Shown here piece after piece: positions 38,300 through 47,177 of a stretch of 64,000 nt of DNA. Below the pieces are notes generated by a model. It worked only from the letters and a program-made list of their open reading frames with translations. It made no database searches and had not been told where the DNA came from. How positions within the stretch are numbered: position 1 is the stretch's first letter; every line of letters starts with the position of its first letter. The DNA comes from Solirubrobacteraceae bacterium (GTDB lineage: Bacteria > Actinomycetota > Thermoleophilia > Solirubrobacterales > Solirubrobacteraceae). The stretch is from contig DASZLB010000207.1 of assembly GCA_035552575.1 (NCBI GenBank), positions 1,519 through 65,518 of the forward strand, in the 5' to 3' direction. The position numbers and the translations under genes are program-made.

Positions 38300-39478
38300 T
38301 CAGCGGCGGCGCAGACCGAGGATGGAGAGCAGGAAGGACGAGAAGAAGATCTGGATGCCAACGATCAGCAGCGACGCTGCGACCACCGCCAGGCGTTCAT
38401 AGGAAAGCGAGCCGAAGCCATGCGAAATCCAGCTGACGAGGATCACGATCCCCAAAACGATCCCAAGCAGCGCGAATATCCCGCCGAGCAACAGCCCGTG
38501 CTCGAGACGAAACCGCGAGCGCATTCGGTCGAACCAGGGATCGCGCTCGCCCATGAAGTACGTACCGTACGCATGCGCGCACAGCCCGAGCGCGAGGACT
38601 TGCGTGCCGACGATCATCAACAAGGCGCCGGCGATGATCGCGTGCACGCCCCATGTGCGCCCGAACAAGTCGACCCCCGACTCGACGACGAGGATCACCA
38701 GCGCGCCGAGCCCCGCGAGCACGGTGCCGGGAAAGATGAACAAGTGGTTCGGGCTGTGGACGAGCAGGAAGCGGAGGTGGCGCCAGCCGTCGCGGAAGCT
38801 CGACAGCTTGCTCTCGCCGCCGCGCGGGTGGTATTCGATCGGGAACTCGGCGATCTTCAGCTTCTCCTTCGAGGCGCGGATCACCATCTCGGAGGCGAAC
38901 TCCATCCCGGTGGTGCGCAGGTCCAGGCGCGGCAGCACTTCGCGGCGCAGTGCGCGCATCCCGCAGTGGGCGTCGCTGATCCCCGTACGGAAGAACAGGT
39001 TCAACAGCCCCGTCAGGATCGGATTGCCGATGTAGCGGTGCAGCCATGGCATCGCACCGGGCTGGATGTTGTCCATGCGATCGCCGATGACCATCTCCGC
39101 GCCAGCCTCGAGCTCGGCGACGAAGCGTGGGATCTCGTCGAAGTCGTACGTCAGATCGGCGTCGGCCATCACGATGTAGCGCCCTTGCGAGGCTGCGAAG
39201 CCGGCCAGGTAGGCGCTGCCGTAGCCGCGCCGACGTTCGACTATCACGCGTGCGCCGGCCTGCTCGGCCAGACGTGCCGAATCGTCCTCTGAGTTGTTAT
39301 CGGCGACGACGACCTCACCGTTTACGCCCATCTTGCGCAGCGCCTGCAACGCTGCGCTGACGCAGGCCTCGATGTTCTCGGCCTCGTTGAGGCAAGGGAT
39401 AACGACCGACACCAGTGGCGCGGCCTGGTCCTCGGCGCCCTCGCGGACGGGTGGCTTGGTCTCGACGACTGTGCTCAT
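38300..39478 (-). CDS. GT2 DPM1-like polyprenyl-phosphate glycosyltransferase with C-terminal TM domain
   Basis: SVVIPCLNEA, DNNSED, GYGSAY, MADADLTYD, DAHCGMR, GMEFASEM, R.GESKL..FRDGWRHLR; four TM helices. Confidence 0.9.
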   Translation of the reverse strand: MSTVVETKPPVREGAEDQAAPLVSVVIPCLNEAENIEACVSAALQALRKMGVNGEVVVADNNSEDDSARLAEQAGARVIVERRRGYGSAYLAGFAASQGRYIVMADADLTYDFDEIPRFVAELEAGAEMVIGDRMDNIQPGAMPWLHRYIGNPILTGLLNLFFRTGISDAHCGMRALRREVLPRLDLRTTGMEFASEMVIRASKEKLKIAEFPIEYHPRGGESKLSSFRDGWRHLRFLLVHSPNHLFIFPGTVLAGLGALVILVVESGVDLFGRTWGVHAIIAGALLMIVGTQVLALGLCAHAYGTYFMGERDPWFDRMRSRFRLEHGLLLGGIFALLGIVLGIVILVSWISHGFGSLSYERLAVVAASLLIVGIQIFFSSFLLSILGLRRR

Positions 39479-39580
39479 GAGCGGTGACTCGATGCCTCAG
39501 TACCCGGATGGGTTCGAGGTCACGCGGTTATAACGCCCGGGGGGGCGGAAAGTGGCGGATTCGCGGATGATGCTACCGCT

Positions 39581-40795
39581 ATGCGTATCTGTGTCGTCTA
39601 CGACTGCCTGTACCCGTACACGATCGGCGGGGCCGAGCGGTGGTATCGAAATCTGGCCGAGCGGCTCGCTGCCGAGGGCCACGACGTGACCTACGTGACG
39701 CTGCGCCAGTGGGATCGCGGCGAGGCGCTGGACCTCGACGAGCGCGTCCGCGTCGTCGGCGCCGGTCCGCGCATGGCGCTGTACGCCTCCAGCGGACGGC
39801 GGCGCATCCTGCCGCCGCTCGCGTTCGGGCTCGGTGTCTTCGGGCACCTGCTGCGCCGCGGCCGCCGCTACGACGTCGTGCATGCGTGCTCCTTTCCGTA
39901 CTTCTCGCTGCTCGCTGCCGCGCTGCTGCGGCGAGCGCGCGGCTATCGGCTAGAGGTCGACTGGTTCGAGGTCTGGAGCGACTCCTACTGGCGCGACTAC
40001 CTCGGCGGCGTCGGCGGGCGGGTCGGCGGGCTCGTCCAGCGCCTCTGTGCGCGCGTGCCACAGCGCGCCTTCTGCTTCTCCGAGCTGCATGCCGAGCGCC
40101 TGCGCGAGGAGGGGCTGCGCGGTCCCGTCACCGTCCTGCGCGGCCTGTTCGCCGAACGCGTCGAGCCGCTCGAGCCGCAAGCGAGCGAGCCCGTCGTGCT
40201 GTTCGCCGGACGATTGATCGCCGAGAAGCAGGCGACGCTCGGCGTGGCGGCGATCGCGCTCGCCAAGCGCCAGATCGGCGAGTTGCGCGGCGTCTTCCTC
40301 GGCGACGGCCCCGAGCGCGCGGCGCTCGAGCAGGAGATCGCCGCCCAGGGCTTGGGCGATAGCGTCGTCGCGCTTGGATTCGCCGATGCCGAGACGGTCG
40401 ACCGCGAGATGCGCGGCGCGATGTGCATGCTGCTGCCTTCCCGCCGCGAGGGCTACGGGATGGTCGTCGTCGAGGCAGCTGCGAGGAGCACGCCGAGCGT
40501 CGTCGTCGCCGGGGCCGACAACGCCGCTACGGAGCTGATCGAGGATGGCGTCAACGGGACGATCGCGCCGCGCTCTGACGCGCAGGCGGTAGCCGAAGCG
40601 ATCGTGCGCGTCCACGAGGGGGGCATCGCGCTGCGCGCAAGCACCGCCGAGTGGTTCGCCCGCAACAGAGAGGCGCTGTCGCTCCAGTCCTCCCTGCGAA
40701 CCGTAGCCGCGGGCTATGAGGACAGCGCAGCGGGCGAATCGGGGCCCACGCCGTCTCGATCGGAACGGCGCTCCGGTTCGAGCACCCGCGCGTAG
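39581..40795 (+). CDS. GT4 glycosyltransferase
   Basis: YPYTIGGAERW, FAGRLIAEK, GDGPER, PSRREGYGMVVVEA. Confidence 0.9.
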   Translation: MRICVVYDCLYPYTIGGAERWYRNLAERLAAEGHDVTYVTLRQWDRGEALDLDERVRVVGAGPRMALYASSGRRRILPPLAFGLGVFGHLLRRGRRYDVVHACSFPYFSLLAAALLRRARGYRLEVDWFEVWSDSYWRDYLGGVGGRVGGLVQRLCARVPQRAFCFSELHAERLREEGLRGPVTVLRGLFAERVEPLEPQASEPVVLFAGRLIAEKQATLGVAAIALAKRQIGELRGVFLGDGPERAALEQEIAAQGLGDSVVALGFADAETVDREMRGAMCMLLPSRREGYGMVVVEAAARSTPSVVVAGADNAATELIEDGVNGTIAPRSDAQAVAEAIVRVHEGGIALRASTAEWFARNREALSLQSSLRTVAAGYEDSAAGESGPTPSRSERRSGSSTRA

Positions 40796-41913
40796 CTCGC
40801 GAGCGTCAAGCGTGCCGCGCGCTCCCAGGTGAACTGCTCCGCACGGCGGCGGCCGAGCTCGCGCAGGCGCTCGCGCAGCGGCTCGTCGGAGAGCAGGCGC
40901 TCGACGGCGCGGGCGATCTGACCGGGACTGCGCGGATCGAACAGCAGCGCCGCATCGCCGGCTACCTCCGGCAGCGAGGACGCGTCGGCGCAGGCGACGG
41001 GCACGCCGCGCGCCATCGCCTCGAGCACGGGCAGGCCAAAGCCCTCATACAGCGACGGAAAGACGAAGGCCGCAGTCAGCGCCCAGAGTCCCTCGAGCTC
41101 CTCGGCGGACACCCACGAAGGAAAGCGCACGTCCTCCAGCACGCCGAGAGAGCGCGCGTGCTCGCGCAGCTCGGCCTCGTGGGCCGTCGCGTAGCCGGGC
41201 AGTACGAGCACCGGCCGCTCCACGCGGCCGAGGCCTGCGAGCGCGTCGATCAGCGCGCGCAGGTTCTTGTGCGGGCGCTTTGCCGACAGGCTGAGCAGCA
41301 CGCGGCGCTCACCGAGCTCGAAGCGCGCGCGTGTGTCGCGCTCGGAGAGTGGCTTCGCACGGCGCACGGCGCCGAGACCGAGCGGCACGACGTCGATCTT
41401 GCGCGCATCCAACCCGACGAGCTCGACGAGGTCGTCGCGCGTGCTCTGCGAGTCGGCGATCACACGGTCAGAGCGCTTTGCGGCCGACGGCACGAGCAGG
41501 CGCATGCCACGATCGCGCAGACCTGCGTGGGCCTCGGGGAAGCGCGCGTAGATCAGGTCGTGGATCGTCACGACACGACCGAAGCGGCCATGCAGCGGCG
41601 CCGTGGAAGCGAGGCTGTGGACGAGATCGACCCGCTCGCGCGCTGCCAGCCGTGGCAGCAACGCCTGCTCGCCGAGCACCCACTGCACACGGTTGCGCGC
41701 ATGTACGGGCACCGTGAGCGCCGGCAACGAGTCGCCCCACGGCCCGCTTGCGCTTGCCGCCTCGCGGTTCACGAATGCCGTGAAGCGCATTCCTGCGGGC
41801 GCCTGCGTGAGCAGCGCCGGGATCAGCTCACGCGCGGCGACCTCCATCCCACCCGTCTCCCCCGGCACGAGGAAGATCAGGTTCAGACCGATGTGCGGCG
41901 CGCTCGCAGTCAA
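40714..41913 (-). CDS. GT4 glycosyltransferase (MtfB/WbdA-like)
   Basis: GGME, TIHDL, ADSQST, PHKNL, FPSLYEGFGLPVLEAMARGVPV, SSLPEVAGDAA, FTWE. Start uncertain (TTG 41913). Confidence 0.9.
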   Translation of the reverse strand: MTASAPHIGLNLIFLVPGETGGMEVAARELIPALLTQAPAGMRFTAFVNREAASASGPWGDSLPALTVPVHARNRVQWVLGEQALLPRLAARERVDLVHSLASTAPLHGRFGRVVTIHDLIYARFPEAHAGLRDRGMRLLVPSAAKRSDRVIADSQSTRDDLVELVGLDARKIDVVPLGLGAVRRAKPLSERDTRARFELGERRVLLSLSAKRPHKNLRALIDALAGLGRVERPVLVLPGYATAHEAELREHARSLGVLEDVRFPSWVSAEELEGLWALTAAFVFPSLYEGFGLPVLEAMARGVPVACADASSLPEVAGDAALLFDPRSPGQIARAVERLLSDEPLRERLRELGRRRAEQFTWERAARLTLASYARVLEPERRSDRDGVGPDSPAALSS

Positions 41914-41976
41914 GACCGGACAAACGCTATTCGCAACACAGGGGGGGTTGCTCCGTCGGCCAATACGATGACCCCG

Positions 41977-42933
41977 ATGACCCCCTCGATCGACGTCGTG
42001 ATCGTCGCGTTCAACCGCTACGAGCTGACCGACAGCTGCTTGCGCCACCTGGCGGCACAGACGATCGAGCATCGTGTGATCCTGCTCGACAACGGCTCGA
42101 CAGATGACACGCGGGCACGCGTCGCCGCGGAGTGGCCGGCCGTCGTGCTCGAGTCCTTCGAGCAGAATCGCGGCTTCGCGGAGGCCTGCAACCGCGGGGT
42201 AGCCGCCGGCTCAGGTGAGCTCGTGGTGTTGCTCAACAACGATGTCGACTGCCGGCCGGACTTCCTCGAGCGGCTGATCGCCCCACTCGTCGAACGCGAG
42301 CAAGTCGGCGCCGTCGCCGCGCTGATGCTTCAGCCGGGCGAGCAGCTGATCGACAGCGCAGGGCTCGCCGCCGACGTGACGCTCGGCGGCTTTCCCAGGC
42401 TGCAGGGACTCGACGTCGCACAAGCCGGCTCGTCGCGGCCGCTGCTCGCCGGCCCGGCGGGCACCGCAGCGGCGTATCGCCGCGTCGCCTGGGAGCAGGT
42501 CGGCGGGCTGGATGAGGGGATCTTCGCGTACATGGAGGACTTCGAGCTCGGCCTGCGCCTGCGCAGCGCCGGCTGGGAGGCGGTCGTCGCGACGGACGCC
42601 GTCGGCGTGCACCTCGGCTCCGCTACGCACGGCCATCGCTCGGCTTGGCAGCGCCGCCACGGTGGCTTCGGGCGCGGCTACATGCTGCGCCGCTACGGCC
42701 TGCTGCGAGGGCGCACAGCGCCGCGAACGCTTGCGACGGAGACCATCGTCGTGCTCGGCGACCTGTTGATCTCGCGCGATCTCGCGGCGCTGCAGGGACG
42801 TATCGCCGGGTGGCGCGCTGGGCGTCGCGTCCCGCGCCTGGCACGTCCGCCCGCCGAGGCGGTCGACCAGACGATCGGCTTTCGCGACTCGCTGGCGCTG
42901 CGGCGGGGGGTGTATGGCCGGCGCGCAGCCTGA
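41977..42933 (+). CDS. GT2 glycosyltransferase (WbbL-like)
   Basis: DVVIVAFN, DNGSTD, NRGFAEACN, LLNND, GGLDE..FAYMED; TACGAT 7 nt before ATG 41977. Confidence 0.88.
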   Translation: MTPSIDVVIVAFNRYELTDSCLRHLAAQTIEHRVILLDNGSTDDTRARVAAEWPAVVLESFEQNRGFAEACNRGVAAGSGELVVLLNNDVDCRPDFLERLIAPLVEREQVGAVAALMLQPGEQLIDSAGLAADVTLGGFPRLQGLDVAQAGSSRPLLAGPAGTAAAYRRVAWEQVGGLDEGIFAYMEDFELGLRLRSAGWEAVVATDAVGVHLGSATHGHRSAWQRRHGGFGRGYMLRRYGLLRGRTAPRTLATETIVVLGDLLISRDLAALQGRIAGWRAGRRVPRLARPPAEAVDQTIGFRDSLALRRGVYGRRAA

Positions 42934-44242
42934 GCGGCTCAAGCCCGAGGTGCTGTTCCTCTGCGCCGACCCGGTCGGCGAGGAGATGGCCGGTCTCGGC
43001 ATCCGCTGCTGGGAGCTCGCGCGGGCACTGCGCGGACATGCCTCGGTGACAGTCGCGCACGGTGGCACGGCCGAGCAGGAGCGCGAAGGCGTGCGCACGG
43101 TTCCCTTCCGCGCCCACGCGCCCGGGCGCCTGCGGGAGCTGATCGCCCAGGCCGACACGGTCGTCGGGCACCCGCAATGGCCGCTCGTCGACCGCTGGCT
43201 GAAACGCTCGCCGGCGCGGATCGTGATCGATCTGTACTGTCCGGAGACGCTCGAGACGCTCGAGCTGCAGGCAGGCCGCGCGCCGCGCTTGCGCCGGCAG
43301 CTGACTGCGACGACGATCGACCGCCTGCACGCGGCGCTGCGCACCGGCCACCACTTCATGTGCGCGAGCGAGGCGCAGCGCGACCTGTGGCTCGGCACGA
43401 TGCTCGCGCTGCGCCTGATCGATCCGCAGACTTACGACCGCGATCCGAGCTTCCGCGAGACGATCGACCTGGTGCCGTTCGGGGTGCCCGCCGAGGCCCC
43501 GCTGCAGAGCGCCTCGGGCGGTCCGCGCGAGGCGCTCCCAGGGCTCGGCACCGACAGCGAGATCGTCCTGTGGAACGGCGGCATCTGGAGCTGGCTCGAC
43601 GCTCAGACGGCGATCCGCGCCGTCGCCGGCGTCGCGCAGCGGCGACCGGGCGTAAAGCTCGTCTTCATGGGTGTGACCGCGAGCCACCCGGCCGCCGTGC
43701 AGAGCACTGCAGCCGCCCGCGAGCTTGCCGAGGAGCTCGGGCTGCTCGGTTCGGTCGTGCATTTCGCCGAGGGCTGGGTGCCCTACCGCGAGCGCGGGGC
43801 GTGGCTCGCTCAGGCCAGTTGCGCGATCTCGGCGCACGCCGAGCATCTCGAGACGCGCTTTGCCTATCGCACGCGGCTGCTCGACTGCTTCTGGGCGGGG
43901 CTGCCCGTCGTCTGCACCTCCGGCGACGACCTTGCCGAGCAGGTCGTGCTGGAGCGGCTCGGGGCGGTCGCGCCGCCCGGCGATGCGCAAGCGCTCGGCG
44001 CGGCGCTCGAGCACGTGCTCGAGCAGGGACGCGAGACCTACGCCGAGGGCCTGCGAGCGGCCGCCGAGCGCCAGCGCTGGGAGCGCGTCGCCGAGCCGCT
44101 CGCGCGCTGGATCGCCCAGCCGGCGCCGCCCGGGCCGCGCCCGGGCGAGAGCAAGGGCGCCGTGCGCCCGCCGCTCCCCCAGCGGCTGCGCGAAGCGGCC
44201 TACCTCGCCGGCGGACGCGCGATCCTCGCCCAGCGGCGCTGA
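42914..44242 (+). CDS. GT4-like glycosyltransferase
   Basis: MAGLGIRCWE, DLY.P, CASEAQRDLWLG, VPFG, WNGGIWSWLD, HLETRFAYRTRLLD..WAGLP. Confidence 0.85.
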   Translation: MAGAQPERLKPEVLFLCADPVGEEMAGLGIRCWELARALRGHASVTVAHGGTAEQEREGVRTVPFRAHAPGRLRELIAQADTVVGHPQWPLVDRWLKRSPARIVIDLYCPETLETLELQAGRAPRLRRQLTATTIDRLHAALRTGHHFMCASEAQRDLWLGTMLALRLIDPQTYDRDPSFRETIDLVPFGVPAEAPLQSASGGPREALPGLGTDSEIVLWNGGIWSWLDAQTAIRAVAGVAQRRPGVKLVFMGVTASHPAAVQSTAAARELAEELGLLGSVVHFAEGWVPYRERGAWLAQASCAISAHAEHLETRFAYRTRLLDCFWAGLPVVCTSGDDLAEQVVLERLGAVAPPGDAQALGAALEHVLEQGRETYAEGLRAAAERQRWERVAEPLARWIAQPAPPGPRPGESKGAVRPPLPQRLREAAYLAGGRAILAQRR

Positions 44243-44330
44243 CGCGCTCGCAGGCATCGATGGCCCTGGCAGTGGCCGCTCGCGGGCGCGGGGCGGGGTG
44301 CGGGCGCGTTCACCGACGCCGCACGAGCGC

Positions 44331-45272
44331 CTACGGCGCTATCGCGGGCACGCGCCGACTGCCAAGCAGCGCGAGACCGCCGCTCGCAACAGCGCGCCAC
44401 GCGCTCGCCTCCTGCGGGCGCGATCGCCCGAACAGCGCCACGCGCGGCAGGCTGATCGCAAGCACGACGAGGCCAAGCAGCGCACGCTGCGGGCGCGGGA
44501 GGTGCGCGTCTGCGTAGTGCAGCATGCCGTGGTGCACCGAGCGGATGTGCTCGGCCTTGCTCCAGCGGCTGAACGTGCCGCCGCCGAGATGACGAAATAC
44601 GGCAGCCGGGACGTACAGGTTGCGCCCGCGACGGCTCAACCGCAGCAGCAGATCGGAGTCCTCGAACCAGAACCAGAAGCGCTCGTCGAGCCCGCCGATC
44701 GCGTCGAGCTCGGCGCGCGGGACGATCAGCGCAGCGGCGGCCGGCTGCGCGACGGCATGCACGCTCGCGTCGTCCACGCTCGCGCCGTGGTAGCGGCGCG
44801 TGATCGGGTTGCCCGGCCACAGCTCCTCGACCCCGAGCAGGATCACGAGGAAGTTCGCCAGCGAGGGAAACGGCCGCGGACGGTAGCCGCCCTGGGTCTG
44901 TAGCGTCGTCGGGTCGACGAGCCGCCCTCCGGCGGCCACGGCCGTCGGGTCCTCCCGCAGCGCCTGCAGCAGGATCGCGATCGCATCGGGCTCGACGAGG
45001 ATGTCGGAGTTGAGCAGCAGTACGTACGGGGCCTCGCCGACGGCGATGCCGCGGTTATTGGCCGCCGCGAAGCCGAGCCGGCGGTCAAGCTCGACGACGC
45101 ATGTGCGCTCGGCGAGCTCCGCACGCGCCGCGCCCGCCTGCTCGTCGAAGGCGTTGTCGACGACGATCACGCTCGCGATGCGCTCGTCGGTCAGCTCGGC
45201 GACGCACTCGAGCGTCATCTCGGCCATGTCGGCCGAGATGATCACGACATCGACTAGCTTGTCGGCTTGCAT
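44331..45272 (-). CDS. GT2 glycosyltransferase (WbbL-like)
   Basis: VVDNA, GFAAANN, LLNSD, GGLDERFWFWFEDSDL, HLGG. Confidence 0.88.
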   Translation of the reverse strand: MQADKLVDVVIISADMAEMTLECVAELTDERIASVIVVDNAFDEQAGAARAELAERTCVVELDRRLGFAAANNRGIAVGEAPYVLLLNSDILVEPDAIAILLQALREDPTAVAAGGRLVDPTTLQTQGGYRPRPFPSLANFLVILLGVEELWPGNPITRRYHGASVDDASVHAVAQPAAAALIVPRAELDAIGGLDERFWFWFEDSDLLLRLSRRGRNLYVPAAVFRHLGGGTFSRWSKAEHIRSVHHGMLHYADAHLPRPQRALLGLVVLAISLPRVALFGRSRPQEASAWRAVASGGLALLGSRRVPAIAP

Positions 45273-46272
45273 GAGCGCATCATTGCCGAGAGCGAGCAGC
45301 GAGGGCTCGCCGCTGCTGAGCGTCGCGGTGCTCTCCTACGACGGCCGACACCTGCTCGAGGTGATCTTGCCGTCCCTCGCGCGCCAGCGCTTTCGTGACT
45401 TCGAGGTCGTTGTCGTCGACAACGGCTCGCGCGACGACACCGTCGCTTGGCTGGGGGAGCACTGGCCGGAGATCAAGATCGTCTCGCTCGCGGACAACGT
45501 CGGCGTGACGGCGGCTCTGAACGTCTGCGCCCGCGCCGGGCGTGGGTCGCTCGTCGCACTGCTCAACAACGACCTCGAACTGGAGGAGGACTTTCTCGGC
45601 GAGCTCGTCGCCGCGCTGGACGAGCACCCTGAGGCAGGCTGGGCGGGTGCGAAGCTGCGCGATTTCCGGCAGCGCGAGATCATCGACGGGGCGGGCGATG
45701 TGTTCACCTGGGCGGCGACCGGCGGTCGCCGCGGGCATGGGGAGCGCGACAACGGACAGTACGACGAGCCGCGGGCGATCTTCGGCGCATGTGGCGGAGC
45801 GGCCGTGTACCGCCGCGCGGCGCTCGATCAAGTCGGCGAGTTCGACGAGGACTTCTTCGCCTTCTACGAGGATGTCGACTGGAACCTGCGCGCGCAGCTC
45901 GCTGGCCTCGGCTGCCGCTACGTCCCGACGGCCGTCGTCTACCACATGGGCAGCGCGACGATCGGCAAAGGTCTGTCCGACTTCACCCGCTACCACCTGT
46001 GGCGCAACACGCTGTGGATCATCGTCAAGGACCTGCCTGCACGCGCCCTGCTGCGCCACGCCCATCAGCTGGTGCTCGGCCAGCTGGTCAACTTTGCCGT
46101 CGCCGTGCGTGACCGCAAGCTGCACATCTGGCTGCGTGTGTGGCGCGATGCCCTGCATGGGCTCCCGCGGATGCTCGGCAAGCGCCGCGAGGTGCAGGCG
46201 CGACGGCGGATCGACGCGGCGGCGCTCGAGGCCGTCGTCGGTCCCGACGGCGGCGCTAGCCAGCGTCCTTAA
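45271..46272 (+). CDS. GT2 glycosyltransferase
   Basis: VVDNGSRD, N.G, LLNND, FGACGGAAVYRR, FDEDFFAFYEDVDWNLR, HMGSAT, RN. Confidence 0.9.
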   Translation: MSASLPRASSEGSPLLSVAVLSYDGRHLLEVILPSLARQRFRDFEVVVVDNGSRDDTVAWLGEHWPEIKIVSLADNVGVTAALNVCARAGRGSLVALLNNDLELEEDFLGELVAALDEHPEAGWAGAKLRDFRQREIIDGAGDVFTWAATGGRRGHGERDNGQYDEPRAIFGACGGAAVYRRAALDQVGEFDEDFFAFYEDVDWNLRAQLAGLGCRYVPTAVVYHMGSATIGKGLSDFTRYHLWRNTLWIIVKDLPARALLRHAHQLVLGQLVNFAVAVRDRKLHIWLRVWRDALHGLPRMLGKRREVQARRRIDAAALEAVVGPDGGASQRP

Positions 46273-47167
46273 CGGCGAGCAGCGTCAGTGCCGGCCCCAG
46301 CCGCCGGGGGTGTTCGATCGGGGCGAGCGCTCGCGTCAACAGGCGCCCGGCGTGGATCGTGCTCGCTGGGCTCTCCCGGCGGGCCGGACGGCGGCGCAGC
46401 GCATACGTCCAACCATGAACGCTGCAGATGAGACCGAACGGATCGCCGGTCATTGCCGCGAGCCGACGCAGCCCGAGCGTCTGCAAGCGCGAGACGAGCG
46501 CATCCTCGGGCATCAGGCAGAGGTGACGCGGCGCGTCGAGGTGCGCCCAGCGCTTGCCGAGCAAGCGGAACTGGAGCGAGTGCGGGTTGGGCACGCCGAG
46601 CGCGAGCACGCCGCCCGGCTCGAGTCGATCGGCGACGGCCGAGAGCATCTCCGCAGGCGTGCGCAAGTGCTCGAGCGAATGCCACATCGTGATCACGCGC
46701 GCGGGCGCCATCGGGCGCAGGGCGGCGATCGGATCGTCGCTGCAGACCGCCTCGACGCCAAGGCTCGCGCGCATGTAATCGCAGCAGCGCCGATCCATCT
46801 CGATCGCCGCGACGTCAAAGCCGACCGCGACCGCGGCGGCGGCAAACGCGCCCGCGCCCGCGCCGATGTCGATCAGCGAGCCCGGCTCGACGTGCTTGCG
46901 CAGCAGTTGCGCGCGGAACCGCTCGACCTCGAGCAGCGTCGGATTCTGCTGCCACTCCGGCGTCCCGTCCGCGCCGAAGCCGTGGTAATCGCCCGCGTAG
47001 TAGCGCGACAGGTCATCCGGGACGTCGCACAGGAAGACGCTGCCACACGCCGTGCAGCGGTTGTACGCGAAGCGCTCGGAGGTGAGCTCCCTGTTGCGAT
47101 CGGTCGCGGTCATAGCCGATCTGGACTCTGCGCCGCACAGCGGGCACGCCGGCGCTTGGGAGGGCAT
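46256..47167 (-). CDS. Class I SAM-dependent methyltransferase with N-terminal Zn ribbon
   Basis: CPLC...RCTACG, IDIGAGAG, MWHSLEH, L.PGG....VPN, W..LDAPRH; TAGGGT 7 nt before the ATG. Confidence 0.87.
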   Translation of the reverse strand: MPSQAPACPLCGAESRSAMTATDRNRELTSERFAYNRCTACGSVFLCDVPDDLSRYYAGDYHGFGADGTPEWQQNPTLLEVERFRAQLLRKHVEPGSLIDIGAGAGAFAAAAVAVGFDVAAIEMDRRCCDYMRASLGVEAVCSDDPIAALRPMAPARVITMWHSLEHLRTPAEMLSAVADRLEPGGVLALGVPNPHSLQFRLLGKRWAHLDAPRHLCLMPEDALVSRLQTLGLRRLAAMTGDPFGLICSVHGWTYALRRRPARRESPASTIHAGRLLTRALAPIEHPRRLGPALTLLAVKDAG

Positions 47168-47177
47168 CGCGCGCACC

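Noticed and set aside
44284-44304. G-quadruplex-like GGGCGCGGGGCGGGGTGCGGG between convergent genes
   Set aside because: Expected by chance at this GC content; no independent support.
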